From an uncultured Clostridia bacterium (lineage in GTDB: Bacteria > Bacillota > Clostridia > Christensenellales > UBA1242), in the NCBI GenBank assembly GCA_944360075.1, contig CALVTE010000002.1, positions 14,638 to 78,637 on the forward strand: DNA of 64,000 nt, written 5' to 3'. Position numbers and translations under genes: made by a program. Of this stretch, positions 9,191-17,880 are shown piece after piece; position 1 is the first letter of the stretch; the number at the start of each line of letters is the position of its first letter. Under the pieces are notes generated by a model. It searched no databases, was not told the DNA's origin, and saw only the letters and a list, made by a program, of their open reading frames with translations.

Positions 9191-10156
9191 TTATAAAACC
9201 AAAACAATGATGGCAAAGGCAATGAAAACAAAAGGCATCACAAACATATAAGAATCGCATCGATCAAGCATACCGCCATGGCCTGGCAAAAGCCTGCCGC
9301 TGTCTTTTACGTCGGCTTGTCTTTTGAACAAACTTTCTGTTATATCGCCAATTTGAGCAAGGATTGACCCGAGAAATGATATCACCATAACTTGCCAAAA
9401 CGCAAAACCTGTTTGCACAAAAACAGCTTTTAACTCTGGAATGGAATAGAGAATAAAATAGACTGCAACAGAGAAAAGAAGGCAAGCCAAACTTCCACCA
9501 ATAGCCCCCGAGATGGTTTTGTTTGGGCTGATTTTTGGGCAAAGTTTTTTACCGCCAAAAATTCCCCCAACAAGATAAGCAAAAGTGTCAGTAAAGATTG
9601 GAATTAAAAATGCAAACAGCAAGGCAATCAGCGATAGATAGCCTTCAAACTGCCCCACTTGCGCAAAGGAAGTGGTCATTTCGTCAAAGTGGTTTAAAAG
9701 CGACATAAAAATCAGCAAAAAGGAAGGATAGACAAAGCAAAAAGCCGTGTTCATTGCCTTTTTGAAGGCATAGTTTGACAGTGAGATGTTTAATTTTTTA
9801 TAACGAATTTCTTTGACAGATTTATCTTTTGTTATAAGAGTTGAAGTATAGCTGACAGCAAAGAAAATCACAATCAAAGAGATTAAAATCACGATGTTGT
9901 AAATTATGCCAATGGAAGAGTCAAAGGCGATGTTTAAAAGCACGGCCAGCATCAGAAATGCTGGAAAAATCGTTGCTAAAATTTTGTTGTTAGGCTTGTC
10001 CATTTTCGTCATCAATTTGCTCATTTCGTAGGCGCAATAGACAGAAATAAACAAAATCAAAGCATCAAAAAAGTATGGGCTTACATAACTTTTCAGCACA
10101 AACATGAGTGCCAAAACGGCCACAATCAAAATTGATGTCATAAGTCTTGTTTTCAT
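9191..10156 (-). CDS. cdsA: phosphatidate cytidylyltransferase
   Basis: 321 aa, polytopic. Signature SLFKRQADVKDSGRLLPGHGGMLDRCDS. ATGA overlap with uppS. Confidence 0.9.
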   Translation of the reverse strand: MKTRLMTSILIVAVLALMFVLKSYVSPYFFDALILFISVYCAYEMSKLMTKMDKPNNKILATIFPAFLMLAVLLNIAFDSSIGIIYNIVILISLIVIFFAVSYTSTLITKDKSVKEIRYKKLNISLSNYAFKKAMNTAFCFVYPSFLLIFMSLLNHFDEMTTSFAQVGQFEGYLSLIALLFAFLIPIFTDTFAYLVGGIFGGKKLCPKISPNKTISGAIGGSLACLLFSVAVYFILYSIPELKAVFVQTGFAFWQVMVISFLGSILAQIGDITESLFKRQADVKDSGRLLPGHGGMLDRCDSYMFVMPFVFIAFAIIVLVL

Positions 10157-10848
10157 TTTATTCCTCCAAATCTTCGATCTCTTTTGCTGTAAATTTTCAA
10201 GGCTTTTTTCAGCTCGTTTTCGTCAAAATCTGGCCATAAAACTTTTGGAAAATATAGTTCGCTGTAAGATAGTTGCAGCATCATGAAATTTGACAGCCTG
10301 TTTTCGCCAGACGTTCTGATCACAAAATCTGGGTCAGGCAAAAAGCAGGTGTCAAGCTGGGCAGATATTTCTTTGTAGGTTTCAACTTTTTTACCTTTGC
10401 CTAAAAGTTTGTTGAAAGTTCTGACAATTTCATCTCTACCGCCATAATTTAAGGCCAGAGTAAGAATAAGTTTGTTGTTTTTTGCAGTGGATTTTTCAGT
10501 GCTTGTAAGTTGCGTGGTCAAGTCGTCTGGAAAAGCTGAAATATCGCCAATATGTTTGACGCAGATGCCTCTAGACGAAAAATAATCAGGATTATCTTTT
10601 AGATAGTCACGCACGAGCGAAAAAATACCGTCAATTTCTTGTTTTTCTCGCTTCCAATTTTCTGTGGAGAAAGCATAAAAAGTTGCATATTTTATGCCAT
10701 GTTTGCAGCAGGCATCAACTGTTTTTTCAAGTGCTTTTATTCCCCTTTGATGGCCGGCGTTGCGCGGCAGCCCTCTTTTTTGAGCCCATCTGCCATTGCC
10801 ATCCATAATAAAGGCGATGTGCTGAGGCGTTTTTAAATATTTTGACAT
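10153..10848 (-). CDS. uppS: isoprenyl transferase (undecaprenyl-diphosphate synthase)
   Basis: 231 aa. Motifs HIAFIMDGNGRWA and FSTENWKR. Confidence 0.95.
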   Translation of the reverse strand: MSKYLKTPQHIAFIMDGNGRWAQKRGLPRNAGHQRGIKALEKTVDACCKHGIKYATFYAFSTENWKREKQEIDGIFSLVRDYLKDNPDYFSSRGICVKHIGDISAFPDDLTTQLTSTEKSTAKNNKLILTLALNYGGRDEIVRTFNKLLGKGKKVETYKEISAQLDTCFLPDPDFVIRTSGENRLSNFMMLQLSYSELYFPKVLWPDFDENELKKALKIYSKRDRRFGGIK

Positions 10849-10869
10849 TCTAAATCCTTAATGCGAAAA

Positions 10870-11436
10870 TTATACTTCCAAAATTTCCTTTTCTTTGGTT
10901 TTGAAATTTTCGTCGATTGTGTCGCAGGCGCTGTCTACAATTTTTTGCACTTCTTTTTCAGCCACTTTTTGTTCATCTTCGCTTATTTCACCGCTTTTTT
11001 CAAGTTCGTCAATCATATCCATAGCGTCGCGTCTTGCCCCTCTCACACCAATTTTGGCATCTTCTGCAATCTTTTTGATGTCTTTGACAAGGTCTTTTCT
11101 TCGCTCTTCAGTCAGCATTGGAAAAACCAGTCTGATCACCTTGCCATCATCGTTTGGAGTGACCCCAAGGTCTGCCATAGAGATTGCTTTGATAACATTT
11201 TTTGTTTGGCTTTGGTCCCAGACTGAAACGCAAAGCATTCTTGCTTCAGGCACAGTGATGCTTGCCATGTTTTTGAGCGGCGTTGGCACACCATAATAAT
11301 CGATAAAAACTTTGTCAAGAATGTGCGGATTAGCTCTGCCTGCCCTGACAACCATATACTCACCTAGTTGATGGTTGATGGCTTTTGCAGTCTCGTCTTT
11401 GCAGGAGGCGAGAATTTCATCTATCATTTCATTCAT
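10870..11436 (-). CDS. frr: ribosome recycling factor
   Basis: 188 aa from ATG at 11436, which has AAGGAG 8 nt upstream. The ORF-track start (TTG at 11454) overlaps that RBS. RRF-like sequence throughout (VRAGRANPHILD, DLGVTPNDDGKVIRL). Confidence 0.95.
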   Translation of the reverse strand: MNEMIDEILASCKDETAKAINHQLGEYMVVRAGRANPHILDKVFIDYYGVPTPLKNMASITVPEARMLCVSVWDQSQTKNVIKAISMADLGVTPNDDGKVIRLVFPMLTEERRKDLVKDIKKIAEDAKIGVRGARRDAMDMIDELEKSGEISEDEQKVAEKEVQKIVDSACDTIDENFKTKEKEILEV

Positions 11437-11573
11437 TATATATGCTCCTTGCAAATAAGTTTACACAAAAAACCTTTATTTTGCAAATGTTTTTGTGTTT
11501 TATTGCCAATAATTTTGATAATTTTGTCATTTATAATTGAAAAATAATTACAGCAGCCAAAAAATCTTGTTGC

Positions 11574-11602
11574 AATAAAAAATTCTCGAAAAATTCGAGA
11601 AT
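11574..11602 (-). terminator. intrinsic terminator after tsf
   Basis: On the minus strand: TCTCG-loop-CGAGA hairpin followed by TTTTTTATT, 5 nt after the tsf stop. Confidence 0.6.
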
Positions 11603-11606
11603 TTTG

Positions 11607-12260
11607 TTAGTTACCTTTCATCTGTTTTGCAACTTCTTCTGCCAAGTTGTCATTTCTTTTTTCAAGGCCTTCACCAAGTTCATAACGAGTAAATCTTCTG
11701 ATAGAAATTTTTTCTCCAATTTGAAGAGTTTTTTCGTTGATGTATTGAGTGATAGTGATGCTTGGGTCTTTGACGAAAGTTTGCTCCATAAGGCAAACAT
11801 CTTGATAGAATTTCTTAACTCGACCTTCCACCATTTTTTCAATGATTTGAGCTGGTTTTCCTTCGTTGAGTGCTTGATTTCTTAAAATTTCTTTTTCTTT
11901 TTCAAGTTCATCGGCAGGAACTTCTTCAATTCTGACATATTTTGGAGCAGAAGCAGCAATTTGAAGGGCAACATCGTGGCAGATTTCTTGGAAAGCGTCT
12001 GTTTTTGCAACAAAATCAGTTTCGCAGTTGATTTCAACAAGCACACCAATTTTTCCGCCCATGTGAATGTATGAAGCAACAGCCCCTTCAGATGCAATTC
12101 TTGATTGTTTTTTTGCAGCAGCAGCAATTCCTTTTTCTCGAAGCCAAATTGCAGCTTTTTCAAAATCACCATTGCAAGCAGTCAAAGCTTGTTTGCAGTC
12201 CATCATTCCTGCATTTGTTCTAGCTCTTAAAGATGCAACATCTTTTGCTGTAAATTCCAT
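11607..12260 (-). CDS. tsf: elongation factor Ts (short form)
   Basis: 217 aa. UBA-like N-terminus [19 protein letters not shown]. Directly follows rpsB. Confidence 0.95.
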   Translation of the reverse strand: MEFTAKDVASLRARTNAGMMDCKQALTACNGDFEKAAIWLREKGIAAAAKKQSRIASEGAVASYIHMGGKIGVLVEINCETDFVAKTDAFQEICHDVALQIAASAPKYVRIEEVPADELEKEKEILRNQALNEGKPAQIIEKMVEGRVKKFYQDVCLMEQTFVKDPSITITQYINEKTLQIGEKISIRRFTRYELGEGLEKRNDNLAEEVAKQMKGN

Positions 12261-12262
12261 AA

Positions 12263-13156
12263 CTATTCTCCTTTCTTTTCTTCTTCTTTTTGCTCTTCAG
12301 CCTTTTTCTCAGTTTTTTCTACCTTTTTCTTAGCAGGTTTTTTCTTAGCAGGTTTTTTGTTTTTGTTCTCTTCGCCAGCTTCTGCTATTTCAAGGTTTGG
12401 CTTTGTTTCAGCAAGCACTTTTTCAATGTCGATTTGTTCTTCTTCGCTGCTCTCTTCTTCTTTCTTCATCGAAACACCTTCTCTTGCTTCGATAACAGCA
12501 TCGGCGATAGCGCTAGCAATAAGTTTAACAGACCTTATAGCATCATCATTTCCTGGAATAACAATGCTGATTCCGTCTGGATTGCCGTTTGTGTCAACAA
12601 GTCCGACCATAGGAATTCCAAGATTTTTGCATTCGTTGACGCAGATGTGTTCAACGCATGGGTCAACAACAAACACAACGCCTGGAAGTTCTCTCATTTC
12701 TTTGATGCCGCCAAGATTTTTTTCAAGTTTGTCTCTTTCGGCTTTTAAAAGAGTAACTTCTTTTTTTGGAAGAAGGTCAAATTCTCCAACCTTTTCCATT
12801 TGATTGAGTTTATTGAGTCTTTCGATTCTTGACTTGATTGTTTTGAAGTTTGTCAGGCAGCCACCAAGCCAACGAGAGTTTACGAAAAACATTCCGCATC
12901 TTTCTGCCTCTTCTTTAATTGCTTCTTGAGCTTGCTTTTTTGTGCCAACAAAAAGAACATTTTTGCCTGAAGCAACAATATCACGAACAAACAAATATGC
13001 TTTGTCAATTTGAGCAGATGTGTCTTCAAGATTGATGATGTGAATATCGTTTCTTGCAGTGAAAATGTATTTTTTCATTTTAGGGTTCCACTTTCTTGTT
13101 TGGTGACCGAAGTGAACTCCAGCTTCAAGAAGTTGTTTCATTGAAATAACTGACAT
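12263..13156 (-). CDS. rpsB: 30S ribosomal protein S2 with K/E-rich C-terminal extension
   Basis: Starts at ATG 13156, 5 nt after AGGAGG, giving [27 protein letters not shown]. The 16 upstream codons in the ORF track are 5' UTR. The last roughly 65 aa are low complexity ([31 protein letters not shown]). Confidence 0.95.
   Translation of the reverse strand: MSVISMKQLLEAGVHFGHQTRKWNPKMKKYIFTARNDIHIINLEDTSAQIDKAYLFVRDIVASGKNVLFVGTKKQAQEAIKEEAERCGMFFVNSRWLGGCLTNFKTIKSRIERLNKLNQMEKVGEFDLLPKKEVTLLKAERDKLEKNLGGIKEMRELPGVVFVVDPCVEHICVNECKNLGIPMVGLVDTNGNPDGISIVIPGNDDAIRSVKLIASAIADAVIEAREGVSMKKEEESSEEEQIDIEKVLAETKPNLEIAEAGEENKNKKPAKKKPAKKKVEKTEKKAEEQKEEEKKGE
12327..12358. repeat. in-frame 15-bp tandem duplication inside the S2 tail
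   Basis: The plus strand reads ttcttagcaggtttt twice in tandem, encoding [10 protein letters not shown] on the minus strand. Confidence 0.7.
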
Positions 13157-13332
13157 ATTTTCCTCCTTTTGTTTTTCTTCTTCCCCAAAGTTTTCTAGCT
13201 CCAACCTGCGACCACAGAGCTTATGATGGCAAGCTCTTCATTGCAAAACTGTGTGGTTTTTTGTTTTGCAACTTTTTGGCAACTGCAGTTGAATCTGCTT
13301 TGAGTGCAAATTTGTCTTCAATGACAAGAGCG

Positions 13333-13361
13333 ATTATATCAAAACCGATTTTTTTTGTCAA
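13333..13361 (-). promoter_or_regulatory. sigma-A-type promoter of rpsB-tsf
   Basis: Minus strand TTGACA-17 nt-TATAAT, both hexamers exact. This predicts a 5' UTR of about 170 nt. Confidence 0.7.
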
Positions 13362-13422
13362 GTCAAAACGGCCAGAAATTCAATATTTTTTAATAAAAAA
13401 AAGAGAAAAACTCTCTTTTTGT

Positions 13423-14487
13423 TTAAATAAATTTTCTCTTTTTCTTTATCGGTTTATAAACGCAGTAATACATTCCGTTTGTAACGAAAACTGCGCTATA
13501 AAAATTTACAACAGCAGAGACAAGCAAAGCCAAAGCAAAGAATCGCATATTTGCAGAAGGAGCAAAAGCGATAAGCAAAATTGAAAGAACAAAAATTGCT
13601 GCATAGATGTATAAATTTGTTTTCAGGTTTGCTTTTGTTGTTTCGTTTGCAACCGCCTTTCCATTTGCTTGGTCAACACCTCCGCTTGCAGTGAGCTCTT
13701 TTGCTTTGCTGTAGAAAATCATAAGGTTTATCACACTCATAAAGAAGGTAAAGCAAATCACTCCAATAGTTGCAAGATTGAAAGGTATACGAGTGATAGC
13801 AATCAAAGCAAGCGTAAGTAAAATGTTGTGTGCAATGGTCAGAAAAACTGTGACAAAAGCAGGTTTTTCATATCTGCAGACCATGTAAACCATTGCAAAC
13901 ACTGCTGCAACAATTATGGCAATGATGGATGAGTAGATGATGGTTTTGTTATGGTTATAGTCTGTCAAAATCGAGGCGTCACTCACGCCATTTTCAAGAG
14001 CAATTGCATCCTGAGTCTGATAGCCAAAAGCCAGCATGATGTCTGTTTTGATTTGGCTGTTTAAAGCCTTTTGTTCTTCTTCAGTTAAAGATGGGTCGTT
14101 AAAGAAAGTGATTTCAACGGCTTTTGCATCGATAATGTTTTGCTCCAAAAAGTCAACAGTTGTTTTTTGAGCAGATTGAATTGAAGTGTTGTGTTTTGCA
14201 AGAACTTGGTCAACTTTTTCAAGCACCAAATTATAATCTTCTGCGTTTTCAATGTCATAACTTTCAAATGTTTGAGTATAGCCTTCTGAGTTTGTGTAGA
14301 CTTTTATGCTGCTTAGCGAGGCAAAATCTGAGCCGAGATTATACCCAACAAAACCAGCCACAAAAGCTCCTGCAATGATGATTGCAAGCGAGATAAATAT
14401 GAAAATCAAAAACAGTTTTGAGAAGTTTGTTTTGCAGTTTGCAATTTTTCTGTCAAATTTTTGATTGAGAGTAATTTTGTTTTTCAT
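13423..14487 (-). CDS. secF: protein translocase subunit SecF
   Basis: 354 aa. One N-terminal TM, a periplasmic-type loop, then a C-terminal 5-TM SecD/SecF block. TAATG overlap with the preceding secD. Confidence 0.8.
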   Translation of the reverse strand: MKNKITLNQKFDRKIANCKTNFSKLFLIFIFISLAIIIAGAFVAGFVGYNLGSDFASLSSIKVYTNSEGYTQTFESYDIENAEDYNLVLEKVDQVLAKHNTSIQSAQKTTVDFLEQNIIDAKAVEITFFNDPSLTEEEQKALNSQIKTDIMLAFGYQTQDAIALENGVSDASILTDYNHNKTIIYSSIIAIIVAAVFAMVYMVCRYEKPAFVTVFLTIAHNILLTLALIAITRIPFNLATIGVICFTFFMSVINLMIFYSKAKELTASGGVDQANGKAVANETTKANLKTNLYIYAAIFVLSILLIAFAPSANMRFFALALLVSAVVNFYSAVFVTNGMYYCVYKPIKKKRKFI

Positions 14488-15878
14488 TATGCCTGCCCTC
14501 CTTCAATTTCGGAGTCTGTTTTTTGGTCTGCTTGAGAAGGCACTTCTTCTTTGATTTCTTTCACATTCGCCTCTCGGTAAAGTTTCATTTTTGCAGGTTT
14601 TGTGCTGTTTAAAGGCAGATATGAGTTGAGCATGAAACGGAACAAAACATATAGACAGAAGAAAGAAACCAAAGATGCGATAAACACAACTCCGCCAAAA
14701 TATGAGATTGTGTATTTGCCAATCAAAAGCATAAGCACAGATGAAACAAGAGCGATTATATGAAGGTCAAACAATCTCCAGAAAGATTTTTTGAAGCCGT
14801 TTTTGCAAGCAACGTGAATTCTGTTGCCAATTGAATACTCTTTGCTTATACGCTCAAGAATAACAATCTGGCTGACCACGAAGAGAAGGATTGACAGGAA
14901 GATGGCTATTGCCCCACCCAAATCCAATCTGACAAATGGAATTGCTTGCATAAAGAAAAACTGCAAGGAAACAAAGAAGACAAGAATAAGGTTTGCGATA
15001 AGCCCAAGGTCACCATGTCTGATCCACAAAAATGCCATCAGCGCAACAATAAACGCAAGAAGAGCAACTAGCGTCCACATCCAAGCATTTTCGCCCAGTT
15101 TTGGAGTGATTGTTGTCATGGACTGCTGAGAAAGTTCAACAGCAAAAGTGCCCACAAAAATGTTGCTTGCTGTTTGATATGCCTCTGAGTATGCTGACGA
15201 GGTGTTTGAGGCTGAAGAAGAAGAGATAAACATGGTTTGCCCAAGTTTGTCCACCGCAATTTCTCCATATAAATTTGAAGAATTGATTTCGTCAAGATAA
15301 ATATAAACAGTGTCAGAGCCCACAATATCAGCCTGCGATTTAAGGCTTTCAAGGCTGAGTTTGCCAAGATTTGTCAAGGTTAAATTGATGCCATAGACAG
15401 CGGCATTTTGGTCGTAAGAGACCTCAGCAAAAGAAATGTCACTGCTGGAAAGATAACTTGTTGGAGTCAGTTCGTCAGAAGCTTCTTCCACCGTGAAAAA
15501 GATTTGCTGAGGGCTTTCAAGCAAAGAGAGCATAACAGAAGAATACTGCTCTTTCAAAACCTCAACTTTGATTTGGTCATCCCCTTGCTTTTTTATAGAA
15601 TACTCAGAAAACCCGTGGTATGAGAAAAAGCGGTCAAGTTTTGAAAGTGTTGACTCAATTTCTTGCGAAAGAGTATTGTCAGAGTTTTGAGTTTTTTCGG
15701 CATTATAGACAACAGAAACTCCGCTTGCATAGTCAAAACCAAGCGGAATTGAATTGATAAATCCATTATAATTTGTTGACGTGAAAGGAATTGTGAAACT
15801 GCAAACAGTCAGCAGCAGCATAATCAAAGCAATGATTGACATTATCACGAATCTTGCAATAGAACGTCTTTTAACCAT
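14487..15878 (-). CDS. secD: protein translocase subunit SecD
   Basis: 463 aa. N-terminal TM, a large extracytoplasmic domain and a C-terminal 6-TM SecD/SecF block. Paired with secF. Confidence 0.8.
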   Translation of the reverse strand: MVKRRSIARFVIMSIIALIMLLLTVCSFTIPFTSTNYNGFINSIPLGFDYASGVSVVYNAEKTQNSDNTLSQEIESTLSKLDRFFSYHGFSEYSIKKQGDDQIKVEVLKEQYSSVMLSLLESPQQIFFTVEEASDELTPTSYLSSSDISFAEVSYDQNAAVYGINLTLTNLGKLSLESLKSQADIVGSDTVYIYLDEINSSNLYGEIAVDKLGQTMFISSSSASNTSSAYSEAYQTASNIFVGTFAVELSQQSMTTITPKLGENAWMWTLVALLAFIVALMAFLWIRHGDLGLIANLILVFFVSLQFFFMQAIPFVRLDLGGAIAIFLSILLFVVSQIVILERISKEYSIGNRIHVACKNGFKKSFWRLFDLHIIALVSSVLMLLIGKYTISYFGGVVFIASLVSFFCLYVLFRFMLNSYLPLNSTKPAKMKLYREANVKEIKEEVPSQADQKTDSEIEGGQA

Positions 15879-15929
15879 GAAAGTCCCCTTTTCAATTTGA
15901 AAGCATATATAGATATATTTATCAGTCTA

Positions 15930-15958
15930 ATTATATAAGAACTTTCACAACCTGTCAA
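15930..15958 (-). promoter_or_regulatory. sigma-A-type promoter of secDF
   Basis: Minus strand TTGACA-17 nt-TATAAT, exact. Confidence 0.65.
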
Positions 15959-15971
15959 ACATTTTTACACT

Positions 15972-16388
15972 TTAATTTACAGATTTTTTTAAATTTACAC
16001 AGATAATGCCGCAAATTGCACCCATAACCGCTCCAAACAAAAGGTCTGTCAAAAGAGTTAAGTCAAAAGCAAACACTCCGCCAAGACATGAGAAAACCAA
16101 AAAGGCAACAATTGTGTAAATAAGGCCGATAAGCAATCCGCTGACCAGACCAAGTTCTTTTTTCCGCTTAAGACCAACAAAAACACCCATCAAAATTGAC
16201 AGCCCTTTTATCACTTGATTGACTGGTTTGATTGTGCTTTCTGGAATGTTTGTAAATTTAAGCAAAAAAGCAAACAGCAAAACCAGCACAAGCGAAATGC
16301 AAACAGCCACCATAACCCCCTTTGCCACAGAGATTGAGTTGCTGTGGTCGGCAATTTTTAAAGTGTTTTTTTTAGCTTTCAATTTCAT
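15972..16388 (-). CDS. small 4-TM membrane protein (YrzE/TIGR04086-like)
   Basis: 138 aa. Four hydrophobic helices with Gly-rich segments (GLLIGLIYTIVAF, GAVMGAICGIICV). The family assignment is from memory only. Confidence 0.4.
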   Translation of the reverse strand: MKLKAKKNTLKIADHSNSISVAKGVMVAVCISLVLVLLFAFLLKFTNIPESTIKPVNQVIKGLSILMGVFVGLKRKKELGLVSGLLIGLIYTIVAFLVFSCLGGVFAFDLTLLTDLLFGAVMGAICGIICVNLKKSVN

Positions 16389-16463
16389 GATTGACTCCTT
16401 TTGAAAAAATTATACCAATTTTCAAAAGTATGGTATGATGACTGACTAAAAAAAATGACAGCG

Positions 16464-17210
16464 TTAAGATTTTTCGCAGTCATCTTTTTCATCTTCACTT
16501 GTGATTTTTTTGTTTTGTTCACTTTGGCAAGCTTTCAAAACCTTCTCTCTGTTTAAAAAGTAATCCAAACAATCAAAATCATGTGTTTTCAAAATTTTTA
16601 TGTCTTTCACTATCGTTATGGTATCCAATTGGCTTATAGGCAAAAAATTGAAAAGTTTCATATAAAGGTCTGCATCCATTATAACCCCATGAGACCCGTC
16701 AAAAATTTGGTCTTTGCCATTGAAAGAAAAACGGCAAACAGAGTGCAAGAAACCCTTTTTCTCCATTTTGTCAGGCTCCAATGTGTCTTCCAAACGATTA
16801 TAAAAGCCAGTCAAAATAACAGGCAAGTTTTCAATATGGCGGATAGCAAATATATAGGCTGCAATATGGCACTTTTTGCGTTTGACGAAAACTTTTTTAT
16901 CAAACGTTTTTGGCGAATAGAAAATGCCTGTCCCGTATTTGCACACAAGTTTATGGATTCCATCAGCACTATAACACACTACAGTTTTTGGGTTTTTGAT
17001 TATTGATTTTTGAGAGCTAGGCTTGGTCTCCTTTGCTGATGGAAGAATAATTTTAAAATCGCTGCTAAACGAAGAATCTGATTTTATAACAGATTTGATA
17101 AAATCAGTCAAATACTTTTTATCGCTATAATGTTCTTTGTCAATATAGCTATCAATCAGTTTTGATTCATTTTCCGTGATTTTGTTAAGCCATTGTTGAT
17201 AATTTTTCAT
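16464..17210 (-). CDS. hypothetical protein, possible transglutaminase/papain-fold Cys-His-Asp enzyme
   Basis: 248 aa. KKCHIAAYIFAIRHIENLPVILTGF, then LHSVCRFSFNGKDQIFDGS, resembles the TGase-core order Cys ... His ... Asp. Has its own promoter and a GGGGGAAA RBS. Confidence 0.3.
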   Translation of the reverse strand: MKNYQQWLNKITENESKLIDSYIDKEHYSDKKYLTDFIKSVIKSDSSFSSDFKIILPSAKETKPSSQKSIIKNPKTVVCYSADGIHKLVCKYGTGIFYSPKTFDKKVFVKRKKCHIAAYIFAIRHIENLPVILTGFYNRLEDTLEPDKMEKKGFLHSVCRFSFNGKDQIFDGSHGVIMDADLYMKLFNFLPISQLDTITIVKDIKILKTHDFDCLDYFLNREKVLKACQSEQNKKITSEDEKDDCEKS

Positions 17211-17227
17211 TTTCCCCCTCTGCTTAT

Positions 17228-17255
17228 ATTATAATTATTTCTGAAAATTTGTCAA
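17228..17255 (-). promoter_or_regulatory. sigma-A-type promoter of the 248-aa orphan gene
   Basis: Minus strand TTGACA-16 nt-TATAAT. Confidence 0.55.
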
Positions 17256-17269
17256 TATTGCTCAAAAAA

Positions 17270-17296
17270 TGAAAAAAGAAAGCTTATTTGCTTTCC
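17270..17296 (-). terminator. intrinsic terminator after yajC (hairpin spans the stop codon)
   Basis: Minus strand GAAAGC-aaataa-GCTTTC followed by TTTTTTCATTTTTT. Confidence 0.6.
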
Positions 17297-17739
17297 TTTT
17301 TATCTTCTGATTTCACTTTGCTTTTTTTTGCGCTAACTGCTTTTTCAGCAGGTTTTTCTTCCACCTTGCTTTCTGTTGAAACTGAAGCAGGCTCTGCTTT
17401 TTCGGCAACTTCTTTTTTCTCTTTGTTTGGCTCTTGGTTTGCTGGTGAAAAATTGTCATTCAAAACGCTGTAGATGGCGTAAGCATCTATAGACATATAC
17501 CCTTTGTTTTTGCCCATGCCAGTTTCGATTGTCACAAGCTTGCGTTCGCCTTCTTGGTGCAAATCCACGATTGTGCCAACAATGCCACTTGTGGTCATCA
17601 CTTTGTCGCCACGTTTTAAAGAATTTGTTTGCTCGTCAAGTTTTTGCCTTTCCTTTTTGTTTCTTGAGCTGACAAGAATAGGATAAGCAATAATCAAAAC
17701 AACAATAACGCCTACTAAAATCCATTGTGAAATATCCAT
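17284..17739 (-). CDS. yajC: preprotein translocase subunit YajC with K/E/A-rich C-terminal tail
   Basis: 151 aa. Single N-terminal TM. YajC core LKRGDKVMTTSGIVGTIVDL. The last roughly 55 aa are low complexity (EKKEVAEKAEP ... KKSKVKSEDKKESK). Confidence 0.85.
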   Translation of the reverse strand: MDISQWILVGVIVVLIIAYPILVSSRNKKERQKLDEQTNSLKRGDKVMTTSGIVGTIVDLHQEGERKLVTIETGMGKNKGYMSIDAYAIYSVLNDNFSPANQEPNKEKKEVAEKAEPASVSTESKVEEKPAEKAVSAKKSKVKSEDKKESK

Positions 17740-17751
17740 AAAAACAACCTC

Positions 17752-17826
17752 CTATTTTTTCATAAACACGAAAATAAATAAAAATGCGAAGAAAATGACG
17801 GCAAGTGCTGCAACAATCCCATTCAT
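17752..17826 (-). CDS. 24-aa hydrophobic micro-protein upstream of yajC
   Basis: Hand-found, below the ORF-track cutoff. AAGGAGG lies 8 nt before ATG at 17826. Product MNGIVAALAVIFFAFLFIFVFMKK. Its TAG overlaps the yajC AGGAGG RBS. Confidence 0.45.
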   Translation of the reverse strand: MNGIVAALAVIFFAFLFIFVFMKK

Positions 17827-17852
17827 TTCAAGTTCCTCCTTAGTCTAACACA

Positions 17853-17880
17853 ATTATATTCATTTTCAAAATGATTTCAA
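17853..17880 (-). promoter_or_regulatory. sigma-A-type promoter for micro-ORF and yajC
   Basis: Minus strand TTGAAA-16 nt-TATAAT, starting right after the thrS stop. Confidence 0.55.
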
